From TPA_inf: Saccharomyces (Eukaryota), in contig BK006936.2 in the NCBI GenBank assembly GCA_000146045.2, forward strand, positions 384,001 through 448,000: 64,000 nt of DNA, read 5' to 3'. Shown one piece after another: positions 11,383 through 23,169 of this stretch. The position numbers and the translations under genes are program-made. Positions within the stretch are counted from its first letter, which is position 1. Each line of letters opens with the position of its first letter. The notes beneath the pieces are model-generated. The model did not search any database and was not told the DNA's origin. It saw only the letters and a list, made by a program, of their open reading frames with translations.

Positions 11383-14277
11383 TTACCTGCCCCCCTTGGC
11401 CAATCTCTTGGCTCTCAACTTTTCAGCCATAGTCATTTTCTTTGGACCAGAAGATGGAGTTGGGGTTGCTGGGGTTGCTGGAGTAGCTGGAGTAGCTGGG
11501 GAGGACCCACCAGCTGTTCTACCGGCTAGTCTCTGTTCGATGGCTTCTTCCATTTCTCTTTGTTTTTGAGCGATCATATCCAATTTAGCTTTATCTGGAG
11601 AAACGGTCGCCTTTGGTAGAGTGCTTGGTGTACTTGGAGGTTCCCTGTTTCCTGCGCGGAAAGAGTATGGAGTTGATTTCTTGGCAGCAGCTTCTTCGAT
11701 TTCTCTTTGTTTACGGGTAGCCTCAGCGAGTTCTTGAGCACGCTTCTGTCTTTCAGCATTTGCAATTTCTTCCTTACGCCTTGCAATGGCTTCCTCGTAA
11801 CGACGCTTACGAACTTCTTCAATTCTGGCCTTTTTGGCAGCTTCCAATTCAGCCTTCTTTTGGTTGCGGATGGCAGCTAATTCGCTTTCCTTAGTGCCCG
11901 AAACATGCTCCTTGAACTTCAAATAATCATCATAGACCATGACCAAGTTCTTACGATCAGCCATTCTGGCTTCGTATTCGGCCTTGGCGGCGTCGACAAT
12001 TTTTTTCTTCATAGCTTCATAATTTGCTGTGTCTGTTTCTTGTAGCTTGTCAACTTCTTTTTGCAGCAATGGCAATTCGACCTTTCTCAAAGCTCTTTCC
12101 GTATGATCTAACTTCTTCATAGCATATTCCATACGACTTTCCAATTCACTCTTGTTCTTTGATACCTCAGCTATAATAACCTGTTTAATGGTGTCAAGAT
12201 CTAAGCTTTTAGCTTCGTTAGGGTCAATGTAAACATGTCCCTTAGCATTCACCTCAGTAATCATCTTTGTGATTTCTCTTTCTTTGATAGCTTCAAATTC
12301 ACGTTTCTTCTTTTCAATTAAGCGACGGTGAGCCTCTTCTTCCAATTTAGCTTCAATAGCAGCTTTTTCTTCCAAAATACGCTGTTGTCTGACCTCAGCA
12401 TCCTGTTCAGCATGTAGGGCAGCATGTTCCATATGTTTTTGCTTTTGCTCTTGAGATCTCTTGACACGTTCGTCAACAATCTTGGAAATCTTTTCAAGGT
12501 CATCCTTGTTCTTCTTAATTAAAGTTTCACGGGCAATTCTAACCTTTTCCATGTATGAAGCATTGTTGAAACTGTCAACATCGTGTAGGACATTGGATAA
12601 TTCAAGCAACTTGTTGTGGATGTAAGAATTGCGGATAATAACAGGATCAGATTCTTCTTCCTTTTCTTCACCGTCTTCAGTTTCTTGTGGCCCAAGAGCT
12701 TCGTCAGTTTCCTCCTTTTCTTCTTGGACTTCTGGCTCTGTGTTTTCTTCTTCAGAGACTTCTTTAGAAGCAGTTGATGCGAAAATGTCAAATGGATCTT
12801 TAGCGAATGTAACCTTAGCAGATTCATGATCGATGGTAATTGAAACATAATCTTCCACAGCAGCTTGTAACAGCGATTTTTCGATGTCCCAAGCAGATAA
12901 GTCTAACGGAGCAGGTAGGGTAGCGAGCTTGTATAATTCGGACTGGGAGACAGTAGTGAATTTTTGAGAGGCAGCAACAAAAACCCTTCTCATAATGACG
13001 TCTCTTAAAGGTGCGATGTATTGGCTGAAGTAGGTTTTAGAAGACAATTTGACTAATAAATTTTCCAGCTGTTGTTTCACTGTGTCGACATCAAAGTTAA
13101 CTTCAATGATATCGTACAATTCTTTCAATTCCTCGTCAACTTTACCATAAATGGATTCGTCTTCAATAATGGATTGCAACATTTCCTTTCTAGTTGGCTT
13201 GGCGTCCAAGTTTAATAAACGGTACATACGTAAATGAGGATCGTAGCCAATAGATGGAATTTCGTCTAGTTGGGTAGAAATAGCGGATAGGAAAATTGTA
13301 GAAGAATATGTTTTGAATTCTTCTTCCGTGGCTCTTGGATTGGTAGAATATAACTTATAAAACTTCTTCCAGGCAGTAGTGTGCAACAATGGATCACCGG
13401 AAACAAAGAAGACCTTTACGAGATTCTCGTAGTAATTAGCCAAAGTAGATGGTTTAGGAGCACGTTTGGATATTTTCATTAAGTGGAAAACATCCTCAAT
13501 GGATCTATAAGCCTCGTGCCACAATTCCAACTTGACAGAAACATCGACTTGTTGGAAACGTTGATCTAAATAACGTTGCAAGGTATCAGCATCGCTCAAG
13601 TCAACTAAATTGTTTCCTGATTTACTTTGTTGGTAGTTAGCAGCATCTAAATGTTGACGTAACATTTCAGCTAATCTCTTGAATTCGTTTTTACGCTGAT
13701 ACTTCAAACAGAAATGCATAGTTTTTTTAACGACACCAGAATAAGTAATTTCCAACAAAGCGTTGTTTCTCAATAAATCTAAGACTGCACGATATGATTC
13801 CCAAGTAAATCTTAACCATGAAGTAATGGCTTCATCATTGAAACCAGCCACAGATTGATCTGACTCGTAAACAGAAATCAGCAAATTTTCTGGGGTAACA
13901 CCACCTTCCAAATCATCATCGATTTCTTGCTTTTGAAGTTCGTCAGCTCTAGTTTGTTCAGAAGCGATTTTAGATTCGACTAAATCAATGAATTTACGTG
14001 CAACGGCACCGACAGAAACCAAACCTTCGGTAGATCCTTGAATTAATTTTTTGTACTGGTGCAAACCGTCTTTTAGCAGCTTACCTTTCTTTAGTTCAAC
14101 ACCAATTTCCAAGAATTTAAACACGACTGGCTCAACAGTTGAAGGTGTAGCCCAACGGATTCTTCTGGCAGTTATGAAATCATGCAAAGATTGTAAAGCA
14201 GCTTGTTTTTCGCCAACAGAAATAAGTTCATCGGCTCTCTTAATGGCATTTTCAGGACGGAATGGTGGGGGGGCCAT
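11383..14277 (-). CDS. RPG1: Translation initiation factor eIF3a subunit, 964 aa
   Basis: 964-aa [32 protein letters not shown]..., ATG at 14277. It has PCI-domain architecture and a charged C-terminal coiled region with a [13 protein letters not shown] tail (YBR079C, TIF32). Confidence 0.92.
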
Positions 14278-14613
14278 CTTGATGTTTCCTGGGCGTTTGT
14301 ATGGTTTATTTTGGAACTCTCTCTATAGTTGTAAGTATATCTACTTTCGATTTAGTTCACCAAGAAAAATTTTTCACCTGGCAAAGCTTCTCGGGCAAAG
14401 CGACTGAAAAATTATCATCTTTACCCGGTGGGTGATAATTATGACAGGCAGATTCCAATGACAGAATAAAAGGAAAGGATGCCTTGGTTTTGATAATTTT
14501 ATAAAATTTATCACTAAAATATATACCATAGAGGAAAGAACTTGTTCACTAGATCCTTTCTGATTGGAAGGGATAAAGAATAAAAATACAAGGACATGAA
14601 AAATTTGAAATAA

Positions 14614-16890
14614 TTATGCGGATTGGGTCATCAACTCAACAAGCTCGTTCACGGGATCTTCATCGTGCCTTGCGGTTTCAATGTTGGTCAAGGTCTTTTT
14701 AATACCGACATTGAAGTTAGGACAGCTCCTTGATAATTCATTAATAACTTTAACTCTACCAGCATCGTCAAGAAAGTTTGATTCTATCATGACGTTGTTC
14801 AATTCATCTAAATTGGTCATATTTGGAACTGCTATCTCATTGTCGAAGCAACTCAAGATATCCATTTGTTGAAGTACCGAATAAGCTGATGTAGTAGTCA
14901 TGATCAATAAACGACGGTCTTGTGGGGGTTTACGCTTCAATGCAACCTTTAGCATTTGTAAAATGTTATTAGAGAATCTTGGACCAATTGGTACCCAATC
15001 AACTAGAGTCTCTAACGAATCAATAACAAGAATGTTTAGTGGAGATTTATACGCATCTCTGAAAGTGTTATCAATATAGGCAATTTTTGCGCTTTCTGAC
15101 ATGCCTGACAACTCGTTGGGAGAAATTAACCTGATGAATGGGAATCCAGATTTTAAAGCAATTTCAGCGGCTAAAGCTGTTTTACCGGACCCTGCAGGGC
15201 CGTGGATTAATAGAGATACTAACCTGGATTTATCACTCTCGCGAACTTGGCGGACGTAACGGGCTCCGTTCTTCAATATTGAGTTAACTCGTTCGGAATA
15301 AAGCATCATTCCACCTTCCACACATGTTTTCAAATCTTCTTCACTAATCCCAAAAGCGGGAGTAACATCGTTGAGTGCATTTAAAAAGTCTTCTCTTGTT
15401 ACTTTAAGTTTTGCTATATCTTTAGTGTTAAGTTTTGTGGCACCTTTCCCGATGTTGACGGTTTTGTTGATTGCAAAAGAACTTGCACTCTTCACTAAAC
15501 CCTCAATCTCAGCACCAGAGAAGTTTTTTGTTAACGCAGCTAACTCAGCTAAGTTAACATCGTCGCTCATCATATTATTTTCCCTCATTTTCTTCGTCTG
15601 AATGTCGAAAATTTGGAGTCTTCCTTTTTCATCGGGTAAATGAATTTCAACTTGGACTTCAAATCTACCTGGACGCAAAAGAGCACTGTCTATTAAATCT
15701 TTACGATTGGTCATACCAATAACCAAAATATTATTCAATTGATCAACACCATCCATTTTAGCTAACAATTGATTAACTACATTGTCCCCTACACCGGTAC
15801 CATCACCTCTTGAACCTCTCTGCTTGAAAACAGAATCCAGCTCATCGAAAATAATAATATGTAAGGAAGATTCCTCACCCTTGGCCCTATATTCTGCTTC
15901 TGCATCCTTAAATAAATTACGAATGTTTTCTTCTGAAGAACCAACGTACTTACTCAAAATTTCTGGACCATTGACGATTTTGGGCTCTTTGGCATTCAGC
16001 ATTGTACCAATCTTTCTTGCAATTAAGGTCTTACCAGTACCTGGAGGACCGTACAATAGCAAACCTTTAACATGAGAAATACCCAGTTTTTCTATAACTG
16101 AAGGAGGAAAGATTCGACTTGCAAACGCTCTTCTGAAAATTTTAGTAAACTCTTTATCCAAACCACCGACACCCAAATCTTCAAACTTGAAATCCGGTCT
16201 GATCACAGCATTTGATCTTGGTCTTAATGAATTTGATGATTTCAAATTAACTAAACCATCTCTTCCTTTGAAAAAATTAATTTGTGTTTGTTTTGTCAAA
16301 ATTCCCTTTGTCTCTATCCCAGTTGCAACAGCGGAGGTTGGTTCAATATCACCCAAATCGATTGCTTGGACATTTCTAATTTTTAAGTCAAAGAAATGGC
16401 CTTGGAACTCCATGATAAGGTACTGGGTGGGAGAAAATATTTGAGATTCGTAGCAACGAACAAATTGTTTGGCTAACTCATCTTGATCGAATACCGTGCT
16501 TACCGCCTTACCTCTAGCTCTGAATGAGATATCTATATCTATTGAACCAAGATACGATTGCTTACCGGAATACTTGAATAAATCAAATGCTTTTGCTTGC
16601 ACGTCTTGATTTAGGGACCAACCACCCCAGGTACGCTGGTTACCGTTAAATCCAATGGTTCCCGGTGGAATGTCGTTGGAGTGTCTAGTTGTGAAAACAA
16701 ATAAATTATCGATAATAATATAAATGTTATTAGGGAAATCATTTGGTGAGACAGCAGCTACGTTTGCGAGTGCATAGGAGTTATTTGGACAGTTTGACAC
16801 CTTTAAATGGCGTGTACGGGTATCCATGTTTGTCATATCTGGTGGAGTATGATTTGCAGCAGCTTTTCCAAAACCAGGTATCTTGAACAT
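14614..16890 (-). CDS. SEC18: NSF-type AAA+ ATPase for SNARE disassembly, 758 aa
   Basis: Two AAA modules (GPPGTGKT and GPAGSGKT Walker A). True ATG at 16890 (MFKIPGFGK...); the ORF-track start at 16896 is a TTG two codons upstream. Confidence 0.93.
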   Translation of the reverse strand: MFKIPGFGKAAANHTPPDMTNMDTRTRHLKVSNCPNNSYALANVAAVSPNDFPNNIYIIIDNLFVFTTRHSNDIPPGTIGFNGNQRTWGGWSLNQDVQAKAFDLFKYSGKQSYLGSIDIDISFRARGKAVSTVFDQDELAKQFVRCYESQIFSPTQYLIMEFQGHFFDLKIRNVQAIDLGDIEPTSAVATGIETKGILTKQTQINFFKGRDGLVNLKSSNSLRPRSNAVIRPDFKFEDLGVGGLDKEFTKIFRRAFASRIFPPSVIEKLGISHVKGLLLYGPPGTGKTLIARKIGTMLNAKEPKIVNGPEILSKYVGSSEENIRNLFKDAEAEYRAKGEESSLHIIIFDELDSVFKQRGSRGDGTGVGDNVVNQLLAKMDGVDQLNNILVIGMTNRKDLIDSALLRPGRFEVQVEIHLPDEKGRLQIFDIQTKKMRENNMMSDDVNLAELAALTKNFSGAEIEGLVKSASSFAINKTVNIGKGATKLNTKDIAKLKVTREDFLNALNDVTPAFGISEEDLKTCVEGGMMLYSERVNSILKNGARYVRQVRESDKSRLVSLLIHGPAGSGKTALAAEIALKSGFPFIRLISPNELSGMSESAKIAYIDNTFRDAYKSPLNILVIDSLETLVDWVPIGPRFSNNILQMLKVALKRKPPQDRRLLIMTTTSAYSVLQQMDILSCFDNEIAVPNMTNLDELNNVMIESNFLDDAGRVKVINELSRSCPNFNVGIKKTLTNIETARHDEDPVNELVELMTQSA

Positions 16891-17252
16891 ACTCAATTTA
16901 TAAAGGCTGAATATACGGTACTATTTGCTCTTATCTTTGAGAGAAACAACGGTAGTACTTAAAGGCTACGAATAAGCCAATTTCATGAATCTCGAAATTT
17001 GGTACGCCTAACGTATAGTGTGATACCGAATTAACCCATGGGAAATACCTTTTTTTAGTGACGCTACGCTTGTGTAAAGAGAAAAAAATACTAGGTGACA
17101 TTTTAGAGAGGGTACTGCAGAAGTATAAAGCGTACTCTGAGTATTAAAGTGCATTGAATTGGAATCCTACATCAACTACAAGTAAATAGTACAACCTTTA
17201 TAAGCAAATGTATTTAATTAAAGATAAAATATTCAACTATTTAGCGCGCTCA

Positions 17253-20200
17253 TTATTGATTAAGGCGAGGAAGGCTCAAGCTAAATGAACTATTGCTGCC
17301 CATATTGGTATCATCAAAAGCATCATCCATATCCAAAGGATCTAAAGGTTGAGGCGTTCGCAAAAATAAGGAAGAATCTCCATCATTTTCTGCACCCACT
17401 TTGGCGTTTACAGTTGTTGTTGGATCCGCTTTTACGTCGTTTTCCAAGTCTTCTTCTGGAAGTATAAACGCGCTTGCGATCGGTTTCTTTTTGTATGTGG
17501 TACTTATCTTACCAGTAGGAGGTAATCTTGCCTTCGTTGCGGTTTTCTTTGAGACAAACTGATCCTCTTCTAGTAAAGCGAAAGAATTGTCTTCTGTGGA
17601 AGTCATTGAGGTTTTATCATTTGCAGATGACTTGCTTTGCTTTGCTATATAGGCCTTGGAACGTTCATAATCTTTTTGTAATAGGGGAAGTAGAGTATTC
17701 CAGAATGAACCAGCATCCAGCATACCTTTTGTAATTTTCTTATACACAATGCTGTCTGATTCTTCCGGTTGGATCTTTTTGGCCTGCACTTTGGTTTCCC
17801 CGTCAACAGTTTGAAACTGAGTAGTCAGTAACTGTAATGGAACAGATGAACTCAAAACTCCAAACTCCTTTTCTAATCCAAGCTCTCTAAAACCAAAGAA
17901 GTCTTCACCAGTCAATTCGCTGGCAAAGTCACCTGTAAAAAAGCTTTGGCTCTCGTCTTCAAAGTTTCTCTCGGACAACTCCTGCAAAGTTGGCCTTAAT
18001 AAGGCTCTCAAAAAGCTTTCTAGTTTCTGTTTGATGTCCTGAAGTTTCTTAGTTTTTTTACCAAATTCAGATTCAACATAGGAAAATAGATCGTCTGGCC
18101 TGTTGATACCGTTTTCCAACAGTGTTGTTTGCAGCATTTCCACATTTGTTCCTCTATTTAAGGAGTTAGTTTCATGATGAAGCTTCAAAGTCTTTATCAG
18201 ATTAGATAGGTAATCCCCGGCGATTTCAGTAAGCATGTTTATTGCTGATGGATGGGCAGTTTCAAACCCATTGGCCATAGCAACCTTAGATATGTTCTTA
18301 TGCATGAATTTCCATATCAGCTCCCTGTTGTTTTTGTAATCATGCGTTGGAAGCTGTGACACCGGATCAATATCGAGTGAGTCATCAATAATAGTGTAAT
18401 TATAAATGTGGTTGTTAAGGAAAGCGTTGGGATTGCTTCTGGAGTTTTGAGCCGATAAAGGGCTCTGTAACATTCTGATCAGGGATATTTTATGGCATAT
18501 GTGCCTAATTTGCTGAATCAGTGTGATATTTTGGTTCATTTTAGGTGTTAGTCCTAAATCCTTGTTAGCCAGAAATCTGCTTTGTTTGTTGATACCATTT
18601 TGAAGCATGCGGTCCACGGAAGCGTCTTCCATCTTGTCTAATGTTTTAGTATTTACTCCCTCGTATACTATGTCAGGAATGGCGTTACTAATATCATATT
18701 CCTGTAGGAATCTGGTATCATCTAACTCAATATCATTGGGTTGCTTTTCAAAAGCTTCATTTCCATTTAAAGAGTGATCATTATGAAACTGCAATTGGTC
18801 ATCGTCTTCCTGTTTTAGTACTGTTCCAAAGCCATTTTTCATAATGGAATTTTGCTCTATTTTTTGACGATATGATTCTAAAGCTTTCTGCTCTTTATAT
18901 TCAAGAAAAAGCTGGTCGAACCTTTTCATTCTTTGTGGGTTTTTCAAAAACGCCTCTGAATCACTATTTAATTTTCCATTTTTAAAATATTCAGTTCTTT
19001 TTAAGCAAATTTCCGCACGAACTTTGGCAGTTACAGTTTTCCACACGGATATTTCCAAATCGTCTCTATCGTCATCCTTTTCAAGTAAATAAGATTGGGA
19101 GTCGACCATGTCTTCGTCTTCATCTTCGTCATCATCATCCTCTTCCTCTTCATTATTTTCCCCAGCCTCCTTATTTTCTGCAGTTTTATCTTGTAGTCCG
19201 TCTTCCGTATCCTTTTTGGCAGCATCAGCATCTTTTGATGAATCCTCAGTCTTACTACTTTCCTCAACCATATCTTGCTCTTCATTTTTCCCATTTTCTT
19301 TTATTTCGTTCTTATTTACATTTTCGTGTACCGTTACAGTAGATGAAGCAGTTTTATCTTTCTCTTTTTCCCCCTCAGGGATGACAGAAGTTAGTTTGTC
19401 ATCATTGGTTGGTGCTTCATCCTTGACGGTTTTAGAGCTATCTTTTTCTGACACCTTGCCATTCTCTTTGGCCAACATATGAGCTCCCATATTCAATCCT
19501 TTTCTTCCAGAACCAGCAACTTCCTCTTCCTCATCTAATTCGTAGTCTTTGTCTTTTTCCATATCTTCAATTTCCTTTTCTAAATCAGCCCTGTTTCGGA
19601 TTGTGATATTTGGAATCATGCGAATCAACTGAAGAGATTTCTTCTGCATAGCAATAGCATGCCCTCTCAAAAAATGTGAAGGATCTGAATTATAGGTCAA
19701 ACAATTTTTCCATATTAGCATAATATCGTCTACAAATTCTTGTTTGGAGTCATATTGAAAGCTTTTCAGTTTTTTTAAAACAGTATTCAGGTCCATGGAC
19801 TTTTTGATGATTTGATGATAATTGGGGGCTTCTCTTTTGCTCACTTTATTCAGAAATGGTGTAGAATGCTCAGTGTAGTTTCTAAGTTCCAAAACAACCT
19901 TTTCACAGGCTTCGTATAATTCCTCTTGCCCAATTCTTTCATCCGATGTCCATTTTGACCGATTTTTTCTGACATCCATAATCAGATGTTTTAATTCGTA
20001 ATCTGATATTCCTAATTGGGATTTTTTTTGCTGGATAGATGATAGAAGGTGCTTTAATGATAAATTTTCGATGCCTAGATTGACTGTTAAATCTAAATTA
20101 CTTTGTTTGGGGCGCTTGTTCCCAGTATCGCTGAATGTTGAACCTTCAGGAGTGGGCAATTTTTGATTAGTATCTGGCTCATCATTTGTATTTTCGCGAT

Positions 20201-21251
20201 CTTGTTCATCGGTAGCTGCTTCTAAATCACTTCGACTTCGTTTCTTCTTTCCTTTCTCTATCATTTTATCGCTTTCTTCAAGTTTTAATCGCTTTATCAT
20301 AGTTTCTTTATCGTATTCAAAACTGTGGTAAATTTTGTTCCAATTTCCCATAATTTCTTCTACATTATTTGTTTTTAACTTTGACAGTGTTTCTTTTGAT
20401 ATTGAGATATTTAGCACCAAGCGTCGTTCATCGTCAATTTCGATATTAGAAGAGGAAATAGAATCGAGATTTTTTGGAGGATCATCGACATTTTTTACGT
20501 CTGTACTGTCTTCATCATAGTTCTCGTCTTCATCGTCGTAATCTTCATCCTCGGCGAACTTCGAAATACCTTCTTTGTTTTGTGGCTTCTCATTTTTACC
20601 AATTTCCTCTTCCTCCTTCTCTTCAACATCTAATAGGGTGTATTCTGTATCATTTTCATCACCAAACTCATTACGATCACAGTATATATAATCTATGGCG
20701 CACTGCCACAAGACGTATCTGATTTTCAAGGATAAGTTTCCAATAAACCTTGTTCCGCTTATTTGCTGCTTCAAGTCCTCTAGATCTAATTTGAATAAGT
20801 CTTCTTCAACATTATCACTTTCGTCATTATTCACAAAATTATCTTCATTTGCTATTGCGTTATCGCCTTTATCTTCAATTTCATTTTCAACATGATTTTC
20901 ATTGCTGATACTGGTGTTGGTATTAGTATTGTTATTGTCCTTAATTGTTTGTGATGATACATCATCTGATCGTGTGTCAACGGCAGGAGAGACCGCTCCG
21001 TGATGTTCTTCTTCTTGGGTTAATGGAAATGATTTTTCGACATTTAATGCTATGTTTCCCTTTAAGAAATAGTCCCATGCTTTCAGTTTGTCTTCTTCAC
21101 TTGAAATCGACAGCAGGTATTCAAGAACGACCAATTGCTGAGAGGTTAAATAGAGATCAAAAAAGTTCTTGTTAAAAAGTTTTTCAGTCAATTTAAGTAA
21201 AGCTTTGGCATTTGTTCTTTGATAATTCTTTATTGGTATTCTTTCAGTCAT
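17253..21251 (-). CDS. SPT7: SAGA complex subunit with bromodomain, 1332 aa
   Basis: 1332-aa ORF with ATG at 21251. It has a bromodomain segment (...LNTVLKKLKSFQYDSKQEFVDDIMLIWKNCLTYNSDPSHFLRGHAIAMQKK...) and long acidic D/E tracts (YBR081C). Confidence 0.92.
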   Translation of the reverse strand: MTERIPIKNYQRTNAKALLKLTEKLFNKNFFDLYLTSQQLVVLEYLLSISSEEDKLKAWDYFLKGNIALNVEKSFPLTQEEEHHGAVSPAVDTRSDDVSSQTIKDNNNTNTNTSISNENHVENEIEDKGDNAIANEDNFVNNDESDNVEEDLFKLDLEDLKQQISGTRFIGNLSLKIRYVLWQCAIDYIYCDRNEFGDENDTEYTLLDVEEKEEEEIGKNEKPQNKEGISKFAEDEDYDDEDENYDEDSTDVKNVDDPPKNLDSISSSNIEIDDERRLVLNISISKETLSKLKTNNVEEIMGNWNKIYHSFEYDKETMIKRLKLEESDKMIEKGKKKRSRSDLEAATDEQDRENTNDEPDTNQKLPTPEGSTFSDTGNKRPKQSNLDLTVNLGIENLSLKHLLSSIQQKKSQLGISDYELKHLIMDVRKNRSKWTSDERIGQEELYEACEKVVLELRNYTEHSTPFLNKVSKREAPNYHQIIKKSMDLNTVLKKLKSFQYDSKQEFVDDIMLIWKNCLTYNSDPSHFLRGHAIAMQKKSLQLIRMIPNITIRNRADLEKEIEDMEKDKDYELDEEEEVAGSGRKGLNMGAHMLAKENGKVSEKDSSKTVKDEAPTNDDKLTSVIPEGEKEKDKTASSTVTVHENVNKNEIKENGKNEEQDMVEESSKTEDSSKDADAAKKDTEDGLQDKTAENKEAGENNEEEEDDDDEDEDEDMVDSQSYLLEKDDDRDDLEISVWKTVTAKVRAEICLKRTEYFKNGKLNSDSEAFLKNPQRMKRFDQLFLEYKEQKALESYRQKIEQNSIMKNGFGTVLKQEDDDQLQFHNDHSLNGNEAFEKQPNDIELDDTRFLQEYDISNAIPDIVYEGVNTKTLDKMEDASVDRMLQNGINKQSRFLANKDLGLTPKMNQNITLIQQIRHICHKISLIRMLQSPLSAQNSRSNPNAFLNNHIYNYTIIDDSLDIDPVSQLPTHDYKNNRELIWKFMHKNISKVAMANGFETAHPSAINMLTEIAGDYLSNLIKTLKLHHETNSLNRGTNVEMLQTTLLENGINRPDDLFSYVESEFGKKTKKLQDIKQKLESFLRALLRPTLQELSERNFEDESQSFFTGDFASELTGEDFFGFRELGLEKEFGVLSSSVPLQLLTTQFQTVDGETKVQAKKIQPEESDSIVYKKITKGMLDAGSFWNTLLPLLQKDYERSKAYIAKQSKSSANDKTSMTSTEDNSFALLEEDQFVSKKTATKARLPPTGKISTTYKKKPIASAFILPEEDLENDVKADPTTTVNAKVGAENDGDSSLFLRTPQPLDPLDMDDAFDDTNMGSNSSFSLSLPRLNQ

Positions 21252-21877
21252 TATTCAGACTTAATTTCTTTGTAGTGTTACAGTTTAAAGAGTAACCAAC
21301 AATTTTCACTGATCCGAAGTTCAATCTGAAAAAAGGAAAGATCTTATTGTTTGACTTGCTAAATAAATAAAAGATGTATTTTGCCAACTTCTCCAATGAT
21401 CTTTTTTCCTTTGTACATCTAACATAATTGAAGACTTACGAGTGTACATTCACTTTTCATTACTTGGATCTGAAATATTAGAAAGTTACCCGTACCATCA
21501 AGAATATAATCGCAGCCCTAATAATTATTCACTGGAGTTAGTCCCAACAAGCATTCCTGTAGAGATTTATTTCAGTTAAAGCTGGCCAGCATTTGACCAA
21601 TTTTCCTATATGTACAATAAAAGAGCATAAGGTTTCAGTGGGGTATTTTACCTTTAAAAAAATTTCGTCTTTATTCTAAAAAGCCAATTGAAATATGCTA
21701 ACTTTCATTTAATATATCCTTGCATTGGTATTTATACAGATATATTACAGATATAAGTCTTTAATACAAGCCGACACCAAAAACAAATGAATTGTCATAC
21801 AAGAATAATACTGGAAGCACATCCATCTTTAGAGGAAACATGTTTTCGTTATTTCATAAAACCTTCAACAAATAGTA

Positions 21878-21949
21878 GCTCGCGTGGCGTAATGGCAACG
21901 CGTCTGACTTCTAATCAGAAGATTATGGGTTCGACCCCCATCGTGAGTG
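21878..21949 (+). tRNA. tRNA-Arg (anticodon UCU), 72 nt, no intron
   Basis: GCTCGCGTGGCGTAATGGCAACGCGTCTGACTTCTAATCAGAAG...TTCGACCCCCATCGTGAGTG. The anticodon loop CTTCTAA carries TCT; A-box (TGGCGTAATGG) and B-box (GGTTCGACCCC) are present. Confidence 0.93.
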
Positions 21950-21959
21950 CTTTGTTTCT

Positions 21960-22031
21960 TCCGTGATAGTTTAATGGTCAGAATGGGCGCTTGTCGCGTG
22001 CCAGATCGGGGTTCAATTCCCCGTCGCGGAG
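21960..22031 (+). tRNA. tRNA-Asp (anticodon GUC), 72 nt, second member of the Arg-Asp dicistronic pair
   Basis: TCCGTGATAGTTTAATGGTCAGAATGGGCGCTTGTCGCGTGCCAGATCGGGGTTCAATTCCCCGTCGCGGAG. Anticodon GTC; it starts 10 nt after the end of tRNA-Arg. Confidence 0.93.
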
Positions 22032-22032
22032 A

Positions 22033-22039
22033 TTTTTTT
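22033..22039 (+). terminator. RNA polymerase III terminator (T7 run) immediately after tRNA-Asp
   Basis: GGAG|ATTTTTTTG: seven T residues directly downstream of the tRNA-Asp 3' end. No T-run lies between the two tRNAs. Confidence 0.85.
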
Positions 22040-22627
22040 GGCTACTCCTGCAGTTATTCTTCTGCCTCCTTAGTACAGTGTAATGCTCCTCAGAATTTTT
22101 GCCAAACAGAGAACCAGTCATTGATCGTTGATTACATATACTAGCTATGCGTTGAACTTCAAAAATTTAAATAGGCTTCACCCCAGAAATGATGTTAATG
22201 ACAATAGTAATTAACCTACAGATAGACTAGAAATGAAAAAGGTACGGTTAACGTTGACGCTCCCTCGACAAGTTAGGTCAAATATGAACCACAACTGAAA
22301 TATATGCGGGATATACCCGCGCTTGCGTGCATGTAACTAAGCAAAAATTCTCCATACTGTTCGAGGAAAAAAATGTTCATGAATCTCCCCTGAATAAATT
22401 AAATTAAGGTTTACGATTCGAGTTGTTTGGAAAAAAAAAAAAAGGTTCCCCTGTACTGTTGCCAACAATAGTCTTATATCTTATATCAGTAAATCTATGT
22501 TATTAGAGATAGAATATACATATATTTTATTGTATTCTTTCTTAAATACATTGTATCTAATATTCTTTTCATCGTCCAATCCCATATAAATCTTGCTTCT
22601 CTTTTTCAGCTGAGTAAGGACTTCTGT

Positions 22628-23122
<495 letters not shown>

Positions 23123-23169
23123 CTTTCTAGATCACTTAGTTCTTTAGCAATACGTTTAGAAGAAGACAT
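23123..23169 (-). CDS. UBC4: UBC4 exon 1 (MSSSKRIAKELSDLE + AG)
   Basis: Minus-strand ATG at 23169..23167: ATGTCTTCTTCTAAACGTATTGCTAAAGAACTAAGTGATCTAGAAAG|GTATGT. Confidence 0.9.

Noticed and set aside
16891-16896. ORF-track N-terminal extensions using TTG/GTG starts (SEC18 16896, PBY1 47862, VPS15 52894, EXO84 63329, RXT2 51770)
   Set aside because: The track evidently accepts non-ATG starts. Nuclear yeast genes initiate at ATG, and trimming to the first ATG reproduces the known protein lengths (758, 753, 1454, 753 aa).
19108-19482. 124-aa poly-Ser ORF (MSSSSSSSSSSSSSS...) antisense to SPT7
   Set aside because: Mirror image of the SPT7 acidic (GAA/GAT-rich) tract. Low-complexity artefact.
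21252-22627. Ty LTR (delta/sigma/tau) next to the tRNA pair, as is common upstream of yeast tRNA genes
   Set aside because: No TGTTGGAATA... delta or TGTTGTATCTCAAAATGAGAT sigma termini or other LTR-like inverted ends are visible. The flanks are unique promoter and 3' sequence for SPT7 and UBC4.
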